Notes: generated by a model not told the origin, from the sequence alone. Counted from the stretch's first letter, positions 17,398 through 29,166 are shown. The stretch: DNA of 64,000 nucleotides from an uncultured Bdellovibrio sp. (GCA_963932905.1 CAWVRN010000014.1:1-64000), one strand, 5' to 3'. Translations and numbers: made by a program.

Positions 17398-20256
17398 GTG
17401 ACGAACCCTAAGGTTTTTGAATTCGCAAAAGAAATTGGAATGACTCCGCTAGCCCTGATGGACAAAATCCGTGAGTGGCAGATTCCCGTTAAGAGTCACA
17501 TGGCAGAGCTTGAGCCTGAAGTTCTTGAGCAAATAAAGATCAAACTAAAAGGTGGCTCTGAACCTGAGGTTGAAAAGCCAAAGAAAACGGCTACTCGCAA
17601 GGTCGCTAAAAAAGCGGCTCCGGCAAAAGAAGAAGAGGCGGCTCCTGTAAAAGGAGCGTCGTCTCAGGTCGTTCGCCGTAAATCTAAAGATACTGATGAA
17701 GAAGTTCTGCCTCCGTCTAAACCGGGTGCGGCACGTATCATTAAAAAAATCGTTCAACCAGAAACGCCAGTAGTTGAAGCGAAACAGGAAGAACCAAAAG
17801 TAAAACCTGTGTTCCCAGAGGTGGTGACTAAGTCTCGAGCTGTTGAAGTGGAAGAAACTGTGGCAACGGTAGAACCTGAAAAAACAGTAGCGCCTCAATC
17901 AACAGAAGCAAAAGCGACTCCGACTGTAGAAACTAAAGCAGCTCCGACAGCGGCCACTGCCCAAACAGTGGGTGTGGCTAGAAAGAAAGAAGTTTCTGTG
18001 GGTTCAAGTGGTGTTTCATCAACGCCACAACCTCGTCGTAACATTATCGGTCGTATGGATTTGTCGCGCGTACAAGCGCCACCACGTGAAGGTGGCGGTC
18101 AGCGTACGGGCGGATACAACAACAGTGGTGGTGGAGCAGGCGCAAGTTCTGGCCCACGTCCTCCTCGTCCGGGTGGAATACAAAATCGTACTATGCGTAC
18201 AGGGTTTTCAGCAGCACCCGCTGTGATTCCTCAAACGGAAATATACGATGACACGAACAAAGGTAAGAAAAACCTAGATAAGAAAACTAAGCGTATTGAA
18301 GGCGGCACGGGTGGTGCTAGCACGACAACTAACGCTAAGGAAAAAGAGCAAGAGGAAGAACAAAACAATTTTAACGCGGTTGAATTCAGAAAACGCGAAA
18401 TGGTGTTCCAGCCTAAAAAGAAAAAGGGCACTCTTGATCGGGAAGCAATGAAAACTCAGCTAACGACTCCAAAAGCATCGAAACGTGTTCTTGAGGTTTA
18501 TGGTTCAATGAAAGTCGCAGATGCCGCGGTTCAGATGGGTATCAAAGCGCCTCAAATGATTAAAACTTTAATGCAAAATGGTGTTCAAGCTAACATGAAT
18601 ACAGAACTAGATTTTGATACGATCGCGTTGATCGTTCCTGAATTTGGTTGGGAAGCCCAAAACGTAAAACGCTCTGCTGAAGACGTTTTAGGTGAGTATG
18701 CTTTTGGTGATTTAAATGCTGAGAAGATCATCAGACCACCGGTTGTTACAATCATGGGCCACGTCGATCACGGTAAAACATCATTGTTAGACGTAATTAG
18801 AAAAGCGAACGTTGCACAAGGTGAAGCGGGTGGTATCACTCAGCACATCGGTGCATATAACGTAACACTTGAAGACGGTAAAAGTATTACATTCCTAGAT
18901 ACTCCAGGCCATGAAGCGTTTACGGCTATGCGTGCGCGTGGTGCGAATGCAACGGATATCGCGGTGATCGTGGTGGCAGCGGATGACGGTTTGATGCCTC
19001 AAACAGCTGAAGCTATCAACCATGCTAAATCAGCGGGAGTTCCTATTATCGTTGCGATCAACAAAATGGATAAGCCTGGCGCTAATCCAGATCGTATCAA
19101 GCAACAATTAACAGAATTTGAATTAGTTCCAGAAGAATGGGGCGGTACAACGATTTTCTGTCCAGTATCAGCTTTGAAAAAAGAAGGTATCAAAGAACTT
19201 CTTGAACAAATTTCTTTGGTGGCTGAAATGGGTGATCTAAAAGCAAATCCAAAACGTTCAGCGACTGGTATCGTAATCGAATCTAAAGTAGAAAAAGGCA
19301 AAGGCTCTGTTGCGACTTTATTAATTAAAGACGGAACTATCAAAGTCGGTGATCATATCGTTGCTGGTGTGGTTAAAGGGCGTGTGAAGAGCTTAACGAA
19401 TGACCGTGGTGAGCGTATGCAATCTATGGGTCCAGGATTGCCAGTGGAAGTTTTAGGTCTTGATGACACTTCGAATGCTGGTGATCGTTTCGACGTTCTT
19501 CAATCGGAAGAACAAGTTGAAAAAGTATCCGCTATCCGCCGTGAACAAGCTCACGCTTTAGCCAACGCATCTAAAGGCAAGTTAACTCTAGATGATATCT
19601 TCGCTAAAGTTAATAAAGGTGATGTTAAAGAATTAGCTATTATCTTGAAAACAGACGTACATGGATCACTTGAGGCGATCCAAGGTATGTTAGGTAAATT
19701 GGTATCTAAAGAAGTTAAAACGCGCGTGTTACATGCGGCTGTTGGTGGAATCACTGAATCCGACGTGTTACTGGCGCAAACATCTAAAGGTATCATCATT
19801 GGTTTCAACGTACGTCCAGATATGGGCGCGCAAAACAAAGCGAAACAGCTTGGTATTGAAATCCGTTCTTACACAATCGTGTACGAATTGATGGATGATA
19901 TTAAGAAAGCAATGTCGGGCTTGTTGACTCCAGATATCGTTGAAAAAGTTATGGGTCGTGCTGAAGTTCGTAACACATTCAGCGTACCTAAAATCGGAAC
20001 AATCGCGGGTACATTTGTTATCGATGGTAAAATCCAAAGATCAAATGCTGTTCGATTGCTTCGTGAAGGTAAGATTATTTATGAAGGAAAGATTGCTTCA
20101 TTGAAACGTTTCAAAGACGATGCAAAAGAAGTGGCTGAAGGATTTGAGTGTGGTATCGGCATCGAAAACTACAATGATGTCAAAGTCGGCGATCAAATCG
20201 AAGCCTTCATTAAAGAAGAAGTTCGTAAAGAACTAACTCTTGAGACGAATCCGTAG
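17398..20256 (+). CDS. infB: translation initiation factor IF-2
   Basis: [38 protein letters not shown]. Confidence 0.99.
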   Translation: MTNPKVFEFAKEIGMTPLALMDKIREWQIPVKSHMAELEPEVLEQIKIKLKGGSEPEVEKPKKTATRKVAKKAAPAKEEEAAPVKGASSQVVRRKSKDTDEEVLPPSKPGAARIIKKIVQPETPVVEAKQEEPKVKPVFPEVVTKSRAVEVEETVATVEPEKTVAPQSTEAKATPTVETKAAPTAATAQTVGVARKKEVSVGSSGVSSTPQPRRNIIGRMDLSRVQAPPREGGGQRTGGYNNSGGGAGASSGPRPPRPGGIQNRTMRTGFSAAPAVIPQTEIYDDTNKGKKNLDKKTKRIEGGTGGASTTTNAKEKEQEEEQNNFNAVEFRKREMVFQPKKKKGTLDREAMKTQLTTPKASKRVLEVYGSMKVADAAVQMGIKAPQMIKTLMQNGVQANMNTELDFDTIALIVPEFGWEAQNVKRSAEDVLGEYAFGDLNAEKIIRPPVVTIMGHVDHGKTSLLDVIRKANVAQGEAGGITQHIGAYNVTLEDGKSITFLDTPGHEAFTAMRARGANATDIAVIVVAADDGLMPQTAEAINHAKSAGVPIIVAINKMDKPGANPDRIKQQLTEFELVPEEWGGTTIFCPVSALKKEGIKELLEQISLVAEMGDLKANPKRSATGIVIESKVEKGKGSVATLLIKDGTIKVGDHIVAGVVKGRVKSLTNDRGERMQSMGPGLPVEVLGLDDTSNAGDRFDVLQSEEQVEKVSAIRREQAHALANASKGKLTLDDIFAKVNKGDVKELAIILKTDVHGSLEAIQGMLGKLVSKEVKTRVLHAAVGGITESDVLLAQTSKGIIIGFNVRPDMGAQNKAKQLGIEIRSYTIVYELMDDIKKAMSGLLTPDIVEKVMGRAEVRNTFSVPKIGTIAGTFVIDGKIQRSNAVRLLREGKIIYEGKIASLKRFKDDAKEVAEGFECGIGIENYNDVKVGDQIEAFIKEEVRKELTLETNP

Positions 20257-20259
20257 TAG

Positions 20260-20661
20260 ATGAAAAAGACTGACGATAATCGACGAATACAAAAAGTAGA
20301 ACGAGAAATCCAAGCTGTTGTGGGTATGTACCTCATCAGCGGATTCTCTGAACAGGTAGATGTATTCATTACGCTAAGTCGTACGGTTGTTTCTGCCGAT
20401 CTTAAGTTCGCAAAATTATATTTCACTGTTTTGCCTAAAGGCGGAACAGGTGCGGATCATGTTGATGATGAAATGGCCGAAGAAACGGAAAAGTTATTAA
20501 ATAGCCATGCGCATGAATTCCAAGCTCATATTGCTAAGGAATTAAAGCTACGTTACACGCCGAAAGTATCTTTCTTTCACGATAGATCGATTGCTAAAGT
20601 AATCAGAGTCGATCAACTTCTAAGTGAACTAGCAGGTCAGAACAAATCTGACGATGAATAA
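20260..20661 (+). CDS. rbfA: ribosome-binding factor A
   Basis: VSADLKFAKLY, LKLRYTPKVSFFHD; follows infB. Confidence 0.93.
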   Translation: MKKTDDNRRIQKVEREIQAVVGMYLISGFSEQVDVFITLSRTVVSADLKFAKLYFTVLPKGGTGADHVDDEMAEETEKLLNSHAHEFQAHIAKELKLRYTPKVSFFHDRSIAKVIRVDQLLSELAGQNKSDDE

Positions 20662-21586
20662 TCAGTCGTTAAACAAGCAAAAACTAAATGGTATTTTTCT
20701 GATCAACAAAGAAACGGGTGTGACTTCGCATGACGTTGTCTTTAGTTTGCGGAAAATCCTTAAAGACAAGCAAGTTGGTCATATCGGAACACTCGATCCT
20801 TTGGCTGACGGACTGCTGGTTTGTCTTGTGGGTGAATCTGTAAAATTATCTGATTATTTGATGGGCTCGGATAAACGTTATCAGCTGACATTTAAGCTGG
20901 GATTAGAAACCGACACCTGGGATATTACGGGTAAAACTCTTCATACATTTGAAAAGAAAGTCAGTGAGGATGTTTTAAAAAACGCGATTCTTGATTTCAC
21001 AGGTTCACATACTTTGCCTATACCAATGTATTCAGCAAAAAAAGTAAATGGGCAGAAATTGTACGACATTGCTCGCGACGATCAGACTATTGAAAATTTT
21101 GAGGGGCCGCCGAAAGAAATGAAATTTTGGGACGTAAAAATTCTGACTATTAAAGATCAATCGGCAACGGTTGAATTTTGGTGTTCTAAGGGATCGTTCG
21201 TTCGTTCGTGGATTTATTGCTTGGGCAAGAAATTAGGTACCGGCGCTACGATGACGGATTTGCGCCGCTTGGATATTGGTCGTTACTCGTTGGAAAAAGC
21301 ACTGACGTTGGATCAATTGAGAAATGAAATGAAAACTGAAGACGTATTGACAAAACCTTACTTCTTAACTCCTTGGCAGGCGTTGCAGGGTTATGAAATC
21401 CTTCAATTGGACGCTGCCGAGGCTGGCAAACTCAAAAGTGGGCTTGTGTCCTATGCGCTTGCTGATAGGATTTCGAAGTTAGCCTATAATGAGGGCGATT
21501 TATTTTGCTTTCTGGATCAGCAGCTGGTGGGTATTTTAAATCTTTCCGACAAGGTCTCGGTCCGTCGAGTCTTTGTAAATTCCTAA
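20654..21586 (+). CDS. truB: tRNA pseudouridine(55) synthase
   Basis: TSHDVV, VGHIGTLDPLADGLL, PMYSAKKVNGQKLY, CSKGSFVRS. Confidence 0.96.
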   Translation: MNNQSLNKQKLNGIFLINKETGVTSHDVVFSLRKILKDKQVGHIGTLDPLADGLLVCLVGESVKLSDYLMGSDKRYQLTFKLGLETDTWDITGKTLHTFEKKVSEDVLKNAILDFTGSHTLPIPMYSAKKVNGQKLYDIARDDQTIENFEGPPKEMKFWDVKILTIKDQSATVEFWCSKGSFVRSWIYCLGKKLGTGATMTDLRRLDIGRYSLEKALTLDQLRNEMKTEDVLTKPYFLTPWQALQGYEILQLDAAEAGKLKSGLVSYALADRISKLAYNEGDLFCFLDQQLVGILNLSDKVSVRRVFVNS

Positions 21587-21936
21587 TTGATGCGGATAAA
21601 ATCGGTCATTCGAAACCATTGTGGAAATGTTTTCGTCCGCCAAATATAGATATGTGCGCTGATGGAAAGAATGAACTTTTTCATAAAGTTCCTCTTAAAA
21701 AAAATGGAAATCCTGTCGAAGTTCTGTACAAAATGCGTAATAATCAATAAATCGTTTTTATGAGGAAAATTCGTCATGGTTCTTCAGATGTGATTGAAAT
21801 TTGACCTTTTTCTTTAAACTTTTGTCGGAAATCCTTGTCGCCGTAGTCGCTCACGCTGTTAGGAAACAATAATATTTTCCATGTTATTTGACCTAGACCA
21901 CTTGATGTTTTTCCGTCAGCGGCCGAGTAGTCTAGC

Positions 21937-23070
21937 GTGAGAAGAAAATTAAGTATTATTTTTATTAACTTTGGAATGCTGATCTTGATGGTCGCTTTCA
22001 ATAACTGTGGTCAACCGGGCGAAATTCGGTTTGATCAGCTGGCCTCCAGTGGACAAACTCCCGCCGATAACTCGAACAATAACGAAGATCAAGGTGGGGG
22101 AGGACCAGATCCTGTTGTGGGGAATCCACCAGTAACTCCGCCGACGAATACACCTCAATATACAAAAGTAGAAAAGACAATTACGTTAGCAGAAATTTCG
22201 AATGCTGATATTCTATTTGTCGTTGATAATTCGGTTTCGATGGAAGATGAGCAAAGCAATATGTCAGCCCGTTTTCCATTGTTCATCACGAGTTTAGCGC
22301 AAACAAATTGGCGTGTAGGTGTGATTACAACGGATGTTGATGATTCAACGTATTCCTACAGCGATGGTCAGCTTCAAGAAGTCAGCAATGGTAAATACTA
22401 TTTGGATTCAAAAACGCCGGATGCTGAAAATCTTTTCTCACGTGTTATTCAAAGAACCGAATCGGGCTCTGCTTACGAGCAGGGTGTCTTTGCTACCTAT
22501 CGCTTCTTAGAACGCCAGAAAGCCAGTAAAACGCCATTCATGCGTAGGGATGCTTCACTGAATGTCGTATTTCTAACAGACGCCGATGAAACGCCCTATG
22601 AGGATACGAATGGCCTGCCAGCCGTTCAAAAACGCAATAAGCCTGATGAATTAGTTAAATACCTTAAAGCCAACTGGCCGATGAAAAAGTTTCAATTCCA
22701 TTCAATCGTGGTTGGCGAAGGCGATACCGAGTGTTTAGGCCAGAGTGACAATGAGAGCTATGGAATAGCATACGAAACGCTATCTAAATCGACCAATGGC
22801 GTTCGAGGCAGTGTATGTGCTAAAGATTATGGCAGTCAGCTGCAGTTTATGAGCGAGAAAATCAAAGAATTGGTTAAATCGCTAACTCTAGATTGCGCGC
22901 CGGCCTACGATTCGGTCGCCAAAAAGTATAAATTCGATATAAAGTACGATGGGGCAGAGAAAATCGAAGTCGATCGTATTGTAGGTAAAGTTGTCTATTT
23001 CAAAGGCGGCCTTCCTACCGGAGCCATTAGGCTTGAGTATTTCTGTCCATCGGGAATGCTTTCTAATTGA
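21937..23070 (+). CDS. vWA-domain lipoprotein
   Basis: AFNNC lipobox-like; DILFVVDNSVSM (DxSxS), GVITTD, VFLTDADE. Confidence 0.75.
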   Translation: MRRKLSIIFINFGMLILMVAFNNCGQPGEIRFDQLASSGQTPADNSNNNEDQGGGGPDPVVGNPPVTPPTNTPQYTKVEKTITLAEISNADILFVVDNSVSMEDEQSNMSARFPLFITSLAQTNWRVGVITTDVDDSTYSYSDGQLQEVSNGKYYLDSKTPDAENLFSRVIQRTESGSAYEQGVFATYRFLERQKASKTPFMRRDASLNVVFLTDADETPYEDTNGLPAVQKRNKPDELVKYLKANWPMKKFQFHSIVVGEGDTECLGQSDNESYGIAYETLSKSTNGVRGSVCAKDYGSQLQFMSEKIKELVKSLTLDCAPAYDSVAKKYKFDIKYDGAEKIEVDRIVGKVVYFKGGLPTGAIRLEYFCPSGMLSN

Positions 23071-23177
23071 CCTGACCTGCTATTCAGTTTATCCCTTTAT
23101 CTGCTAAAGATCCGTCAGCCATGACGCTCATTTGGCATTTTAACCGTATATTCGTATACATACAAAGGGAGACTTTA

Positions 23178-23447
23178 ATGGCAGTCCACAAGCAAGTAAA
23201 AGCACAAATTCTAAAAGCATTCAGAAGAGATGATTCTGATACTGGTTCAAGCGAAATCCAAATCGCATTGTTAACTGAAAAAATCACTCACTTAACTCAA
23301 CACTTTTTAACTCACAAGAAAGATAACCATTCAAGAATGGGTCTTGTAACTGCAGTTAATCGTCGTCGTAAATTACTTGATTACTTAAAAAGAACTGATG
23401 CTAAGAAATACAACCAAATCCTGGTTGATCTAGAAATCAGAAAATAA
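23178..23447 (+). CDS. rpsO: 30S ribosomal protein S15
   Basis: DTGSSEIQIALLT, HKKDNHSRMGL, RRKLLDYLK. Confidence 0.98.
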   Translation: MAVHKQVKAQILKAFRRDDSDTGSSEIQIALLTEKITHLTQHFLTHKKDNHSRMGLVTAVNRRRKLLDYLKRTDAKKYNQILVDLEIRK

Positions 23448-23492
23448 TTTTCGTTAACGCTCTTTAAAAATTAATCCTACACAAAATAAATC

Positions 23493-23554
23493 GACTCCAA
23501 GCAATTGGAGTCTAAGCAATAGACTCTGGGTCAAAAAGAAAAAGGCTTAGAGTC
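23493..23554 (+). promoter_or_regulatory. structured rpsO-pnp intergenic leader (two hairpins)
   Basis: GACTCCAA-GCAA-TTGGAGTC and GACTCTGGGTC/GGCTTAGAGTC stems. Confidence 0.5.
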
Positions 23555-23578
23555 AACAAATCTCAAAAAGGAGTTTTG

Positions 23579-25672
23579 ATGAAAACGACCGTAACAACTT
23601 CCGTTGGTGGCAAACAAATCACTATTGAAACAGGAAGAATGGCCAAGCAGGCAGATGGATCGACACTCGTTACTTGCGGTAACAATGTCGTACTAGTAAC
23701 AGCGGTTTCTAAAAAAGAACCAGCAGCTGTAGATTTCTTCCCTCTAACAGTTGAATACCAAGAAAAATTCTACGCCACTGGTAAAATCCCAGGTGGTTAT
23801 TTTAAACGCGAAAGCAAGCCAAGCACTGAGCAAGTATTGATTGCTCGTTTGATCGATAGACCTCTAAGACCTTCATTCCCAGAAGGCTACCGTAACGAAA
23901 CTCAAGTTGTGGCAACAGTACTGAGCGCCGATGGTTCATTCCCAATTGAAATTCTAGCTTCACTCGGAGCTTCATCAGCACTTCACATTTCAGATATCCC
24001 ATTTGGAGGCCCAACAGCGGCGATCCAAGTCGGCCGTGTTGATGGACATTTCATTGCGAATCCAACGCCGCAACAAATGGAGAAATCGGATTTGGATGTT
24101 ATCGTTGCGGGAACACGTAATGGTATCTTAATGGTGGAAGGCGAAACTAAATTTGTAAATGAAGCGGCTGTTTTAGGTGCGCTTAAATTTGCACACGAAG
24201 CGTTGCAGCCTTTATTAAACGCTCAAGATGAACTACGTGAAAAAACGGGATCAAAAGCTAAGCGTAAATTTGAAGCTAAAAAAATTGACGAAACTTTCCG
24301 TGCACAAGTTGAATCGTTCCTAACTCCAGAAATCCAAAAAGCGTTCCAAGTTAAAGAAAAAATGGAACGTTACGCAGCAGTGGATGAAGCTTACGATAAA
24401 GCTCACACGGCTTACGTTGAATCGATCACTGATAAAGATCTTAAAGCGGAGCGAGCTAAGGATTTAAATACGATTGTTGAAGACGTAAAATACAAAGTAT
24501 CTCGTGCGTTGATCCTAGAAAATAAAATCCGTTTAGACGGCCGTGACACTAAAACAGTACGTCCTATCTCAAACGAAGTTGGATTCTTACCTCGTGCCCA
24601 TGGTTCTGGTCTATTCACTCGCGGTGAGACCCAAGTGCTTGGAACGGTAACATTAGGTACCGGTGATGACGAGCAATCAGTTGATGCTCTTCATGGAACT
24701 ATTAAGCGCAAATTTATGTTGCACTATAATTTCCCTCCGTATTCAGTGGGTGAAGTCGGTCGTTTCGGCGGTCAAGGTCGTCGTGAAATCGGTCACGGTA
24801 ATTTAGCTGAGCGTGCATTAAAGCCAGTTATCCCGGATCAAGCGACATTCCCATACACTATTCGCGTAGTCAGTGAAGTTCTTGAAAGTAATGGTTCATC
24901 ATCAATGGGAACTGTGTGTTCGGGCACGTTAGCACTTCTTGATGCTGGCGTTCAAATCAAAGGTAACGTTGCGGGTATTGCAATGGGCTTGATTAAAGAA
25001 GGCAATAAATACGCAGTGCTAAGTGACATCTTAGGTGATGAAGATCATTTAGGTGATATGGACTTTAAAGTTGCCGGTACTTCAACAGGTATCACAGCAC
25101 TTCAAATGGATATCAAAATCGACTCAGTATCGTTTGATGTAATGGAGCAAGCTCTTGAGCAAGCCCGTGTTGGTCGCATCCATATATTGAATGAAATGGA
25201 AAAAGTGATCAAGGCACCTCGTGGTCAGATCTCTGATTTCGCTCCAAGAATTGAAACTCTTAAAATTAAACCAGATAAAATCCGCGAAGTTATCGGCGCG
25301 GGTGGTAAAGTTATCCGTGGTATCACGGAAGCCACTGGCGTTAAGATCGAAATCGAAGATGATGGAACTATTCACGTAGCGTCTAGTGATCCAGAAGCAA
25401 CTAAAAAAGCTATCGCGATGATCAACGACATTTGTGCGGAAGCCGAAGTAGGCAAAACGTACAAAGGCCGCGTAGTTAAAATCGCTGAATTTGGTGCGTT
25501 TGTTGAAATCTTTAATGGAACTCAAGGTCTATTGCATATTTCTGAAATCGCAAACGAAAGAATTAAACAAGTTACTGATGTGCTTAAAGAAGGCGAAACT
25601 ATCGACGTGAAAGTTCTTGAAGTTGATAGAGCTGGACGTATTAAGCTGTCTCGTAAAGCTTTGTTGCAATAA
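23579..25672 (+). CDS. pnp: polyribonucleotide nucleotidyltransferase
   Basis: DFFPLTVEY, RREIGHGNLAER, SNGSSSM, GDEDHLGDMDFKVAG, KH and S1 domains. Confidence 0.99.
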   Translation: MKTTVTTSVGGKQITIETGRMAKQADGSTLVTCGNNVVLVTAVSKKEPAAVDFFPLTVEYQEKFYATGKIPGGYFKRESKPSTEQVLIARLIDRPLRPSFPEGYRNETQVVATVLSADGSFPIEILASLGASSALHISDIPFGGPTAAIQVGRVDGHFIANPTPQQMEKSDLDVIVAGTRNGILMVEGETKFVNEAAVLGALKFAHEALQPLLNAQDELREKTGSKAKRKFEAKKIDETFRAQVESFLTPEIQKAFQVKEKMERYAAVDEAYDKAHTAYVESITDKDLKAERAKDLNTIVEDVKYKVSRALILENKIRLDGRDTKTVRPISNEVGFLPRAHGSGLFTRGETQVLGTVTLGTGDDEQSVDALHGTIKRKFMLHYNFPPYSVGEVGRFGGQGRREIGHGNLAERALKPVIPDQATFPYTIRVVSEVLESNGSSSMGTVCSGTLALLDAGVQIKGNVAGIAMGLIKEGNKYAVLSDILGDEDHLGDMDFKVAGTSTGITALQMDIKIDSVSFDVMEQALEQARVGRIHILNEMEKVIKAPRGQISDFAPRIETLKIKPDKIREVIGAGGKVIRGITEATGVKIEIEDDGTIHVASSDPEATKKAIAMINDICAEAEVGKTYKGRVVKIAEFGAFVEIFNGTQGLLHISEIANERIKQVTDVLKEGETIDVKVLEVDRAGRIKLSRKALLQ

Positions 25673-25678
25673 TCAAAG

Positions 25679-26950
25679 ATGCCTACCCATAAATATAAAA
25701 AAACTTTGCTAGAGAGTGGTGCTACACTGGTTACAGAACACCACTCTACGGCACAAGCCTTTTCTGTCGGTGTGTGGGTAGACGTCGGTTCTCGCTATGA
25801 AACCGAAAAGTTATCCGGCATCACTCATTTCCTAGAACATATCGTTTTCAAAGGGACTAAGAAAAGAAGCGCATTTGATATCGCTAAATCACTGGAAGCA
25901 GTGGGTGGTGATTTAAACGCGTTCACCAGCAAGGAACACACGTGTTTTCATGGTCTTGTTTTAAAAGACGACTGGAAAATCGCGCTCGATGTTTTGGTGG
26001 ATTTAGTTTCCAATATGAAATTCTCGAAAAAGGATTTTAAGAACGAAAAGAATGTCGTCATCCAAGAAATAGCGATGAGTGAAGATCAACCGGACGATAT
26101 TATATACGACTATTTACTTGAGCCGGTATACAAAGATCACAATGTGGGTAAGCCAATTCTAGGTTCGATCAAATCTGTATTTGGATTTAGAGAATCTGAC
26201 ATTTACGACTATTACCATGATAATTATCAAGGTTCTAACTTGGTTATCGCGTGCGCGGGTAATTTAGATCACGATCGTATTGTTGATTTTCTAAATAGGA
26301 ATTTAAAAAAACGTAAAGTAAAGCACGGTATTCCTCGTATGGGGACTAATCGCCCGGTGTTTACAAAATCAAAAACAGCTAAGAATAAAGATTCAGAGCA
26401 GACTCATGTTTTGATGGCTCTTCCTGCGGCTTCGTTCCGTGATGATCTACGTATGGAAGCTTTTATTATTAACTCGGTCCTGGGTGGTGGAATGACGTCG
26501 CGTCTGTTCCAAAGTGTTCGCGAAACTAAAGGTTTGGCGTATTCGATCCAAAGCCAGTTGCATACAATGTCAGATGCAGGATTTATCACGATTCAAGCCG
26601 CCTGTGATGGAAAAAAATTAAAAGAATTGGTAGCCACAACGGAAAAAGAACTTAGGAAATTAAAATCTCAAGGTTTGACTAAGAAAGAAGTCGAATTTTT
26701 CAAAAGCCAAATCAAAGGCGCAATTTTATTGGGCTCAGATGATGTGGAAAATCGCATGAACAGTATCGCGATTAATGAACTTATTTTCCAAAAACCGAAA
26801 ACAGTCGAAGATATTCAAAGAATGATTTCCAAAATTAGCGTGGATTCTGTCCACGAATACTTAGAACACCACATGGAGTTAGATTTATTGTCGGGCGCAC
26901 TTGTTGGGCCTAATGTAGAATCTAAAAATTCTTGGTGGATGAATTCATAG
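25679..26950 (+). CDS. M16 family zinc peptidase
   Basis: GITHFLEHIVFKGT (HxxEH), NAFTSKE, SRLFQSVRE.KGLAY. Confidence 0.93.
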   Translation: MPTHKYKKTLLESGATLVTEHHSTAQAFSVGVWVDVGSRYETEKLSGITHFLEHIVFKGTKKRSAFDIAKSLEAVGGDLNAFTSKEHTCFHGLVLKDDWKIALDVLVDLVSNMKFSKKDFKNEKNVVIQEIAMSEDQPDDIIYDYLLEPVYKDHNVGKPILGSIKSVFGFRESDIYDYYHDNYQGSNLVIACAGNLDHDRIVDFLNRNLKKRKVKHGIPRMGTNRPVFTKSKTAKNKDSEQTHVLMALPAASFRDDLRMEAFIINSVLGGGMTSRLFQSVRETKGLAYSIQSQLHTMSDAGFITIQAACDGKKLKELVATTEKELRKLKSQGLTKKEVEFFKSQIKGAILLGSDDVENRMNSIAINELIFQKPKTVEDIQRMISKISVDSVHEYLEHHMELDLLSGALVGPNVESKNSWWMNS

Positions 26951-26963
26951 AGGGAGCTAGAGT

Positions 26964-27404
26964 ATGAAAGTTAAAATCAAAAAGTTAGCCAATTTCAAAG
27001 GCGAATTACCGGCATACCAATCGCGCGGTTCCAGTGGTCTAGATGTACGGGCACAGTTAGAAAAACCTATGATGGTTAAACCCATGGAGCGTGTTTTGGT
27101 TCCAACCGGATTGTCTTTTGAAATACCAGAAGGTTTTGAAATTCAAGCGCGTCCTCGCAGTGGTTGGGCAATCAAACAAGGTATGACATTGTTGAATACG
27201 CCTGGAACGATCGACGCGGATTATCGCGGTGAAGTTAAAATCATCGTTATTAATTTAAGCCAAGAAGCTGTGGAAATCCAAGATCAAGAGCGGGTGGCTC
27301 AACTTGTGGTGTGCCCAATCATTCAAGCTGAGCTTGAACTTGTGACTGATTTGAGTGCGACCGAGCGTGGCGCTGGTGGATTCGGGTCCACTGGTCGTAA
27401 CTAA
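26964..27404 (+). CDS. dut: dUTP diphosphatase
   Basis: RPRSG, NTPGTIDADYRGE, RGAGGFGSTG. Confidence 0.97.
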   Translation: MKVKIKKLANFKGELPAYQSRGSSGLDVRAQLEKPMMVKPMERVLVPTGLSFEIPEGFEIQARPRSGWAIKQGMTLLNTPGTIDADYRGEVKIIVINLSQEAVEIQDQERVAQLVVCPIIQAELELVTDLSATERGAGGFGSTGRN

Positions 27405-27922
27405 AGAACGCAAAGTTCGGCAAGCTTGGCTTTCTTAACTTCCTGAATAGAAAGCTCATTGTTCGTTGAAAACACTAAAAAGTTTTTATCATTGTGAACG
27501 TAAATGCCAGTATTCAACTCGCAAGTGTTGAAATCAGGAACGCCGGCAATTGCGACATGGAAATCTTTTCGACCTAATAGAACTGCGACAGCGCCGCAAT
27601 GGATAGATCCCTCCTTGCGGTGTAGAATGTAGTCGGTAGTTCCGTCTTTATCTAAATCAATTTTTGTAAGATCGATGGCATCAGTGCCCACTAGGCTAAA
27701 GAGTTTGTCAACTTCACTGAAGGAATCCACGCTGAACATTTTACGAAGTTCGCTTTCGTATGTAGGGGCCTTGGTTATCTTTATTAGTTTTAAAAATTCT
27801 TTTTTTCCAACGCGACCTGCGTATTGGCAAACGGTTTCAGTGGATTTTTTTTTCGTTGCGTGAGTTTGAACCGAAGCCATGATGGTCATGAATAGTAAAA
27901 CAATGAAACGTGCGGTTTTCAT
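27401..27922 (-). CDS. hypothetical secreted protein
   Basis: signal peptide; DLDKDGTTD Ca-binding-like motif. Confidence 0.6.
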   Translation of the reverse strand: MKTARFIVLLFMTIMASVQTHATKKKSTETVCQYAGRVGKKEFLKLIKITKAPTYESELRKMFSVDSFSEVDKLFSLVGTDAIDLTKIDLDKDGTTDYILHRKEGSIHCGAVAVLLGRKDFHVAIAGVPDFNTCELNTGIYVHNDKNFLVFSTNNELSIQEVKKAKLAELCVL

Positions 27923-27963
27923 AAATGGCCCTTATGTGTTTTGTGTTAACATAAAATACGAAA

Positions 27964-28515
27964 CTAAAACTTGTCTAGTTTTTCAACGCTAAAGCGATTG
28001 CTTAACCAAACTAAAAAGATCAAAAACCAAAGTGTTCCCACAAGGCGAATCGAACGACGTTTGCTCATTTTGAAATTTTCAGTCAGTCCGACGATCAATA
28101 ACATGCCCGTAAATAAAAGTCCGACGATGCTGATAATGGGGATGTAGTTTGAGGCAATTTGAAATACAAAAAATGGAAAATTGGCAAAAACGACGACGGA
28201 TAAAAGCTGGATAAAATCCACGGAACGTTTTTCAAATACTTGAAAATAATAATAGATAAACGTCGACAGAACCACCGTTAACATCATCGAAATAAACGGG
28301 AACGCAAGCACGCCGAATAGAATATTCCAAAACTTTAAACTAATAACGCCGGCGACAGTTCCCGAAGCGACAGAGAATAAAAAGTGAACCAGTAAGACAT
28401 TCCTTAGAGACCATTTTGGCAATCGTTTGATATGCTCAATGGGGTTTTTGAAAAACCAAATCAGGAAGACAACACTCTTTTTTGTTTTGTATTGGAGGTT
28501 CCCGAAAAAGCTCAT
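27964..28515 (-). CDS. Yip1-like membrane protein
   Basis: five hydrophobic segments after an FFKNP motif. Confidence 0.6.
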   Translation of the reverse strand: MSFFGNLQYKTKKSVVFLIWFFKNPIEHIKRLPKWSLRNVLLVHFLFSVASGTVAGVISLKFWNILFGVLAFPFISMMLTVVLSTFIYYYFQVFEKRSVDFIQLLSVVVFANFPFFVFQIASNYIPIISIVGLLFTGMLLIVGLTENFKMSKRRSIRLVGTLWFLIFLVWLSNRFSVEKLDKF

Positions 28516-28518
28516 TGT

Positions 28519-29166
28519 TTAAAAATATCCCATGAAAATAAAGTTAAGTCCGGTCGATCCTCTATCAAAATCATTGGCTACTAATAGGCTCCGATAGTTA
28601 ATCTCTAACCCCAACAATAAAGGCGAATTAGGTAAGCTTGATAAAACACCAAATGAGGAAATCAATGCTGGATTTTTTGATTCTTGGTGAAGATTGACTG
28701 TTTCATCGGATAGGCGAATCATGCGTGTACTGACTCCTAAAGCTAGACGGTATTCCAGTGAGTTTGTAATGTAACTTTTGTGACCGATCTTGAAATCAAG
28801 TTCTTTGAGTGCCAGTTCTTTTGATTCTACTTTCGTAGTGCCGAAATTTCTAAATGATGTTTCTGAGTACCAATGCTCTGAAAACAAATCCATACCGACC
28901 GAAAGTTGTAGGCCGCTATGGTAAAAGTTAGGTGCCAAATCACCCGAAATTTTCGTGTAGGCTTGAATTACTGCAAACGAAGGGTAAATATAAATTTGAT
29001 CCCAAGGCGTGCCCGCAGCTTGCTTGATGTATTTTTTCTGTTTTGTTTTGATTTTATCAAGCAGTTCTTCATACGAGTACTCTTCAGTTTCGTAGTTTTG
29101 TGCCCACGCGTGATGACTTATGGAAAGAAACAATAAAATAGAGAGAAATATTTTAGATGTCTTCAT
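28519..29166 (-). CDS. hypothetical outer membrane protein
   Basis: signal peptide, beta-rich, C-terminal Phe. Confidence 0.6.
   Translation of the reverse strand: MKTSKIFLSILLFLSISHHAWAQNYETEEYSYEELLDKIKTKQKKYIKQAAGTPWDQIYIYPSFAVIQAYTKISGDLAPNFYHSGLQLSVGMDLFSEHWYSETSFRNFGTTKVESKELALKELDFKIGHKSYITNSLEYRLALGVSTRMIRLSDETVNLHQESKNPALISSFGVLSSLPNSPLLLGLEINYRSLLVANDFDRGSTGLNFIFMGYF

Noticed and set aside
21505..22001. short ORFs between truB and the vWA lipoprotein gene
   Set aside because: No recognisable motifs or RBS, and they overlap real genes; cannot be supported as genes or a transposase remnant.
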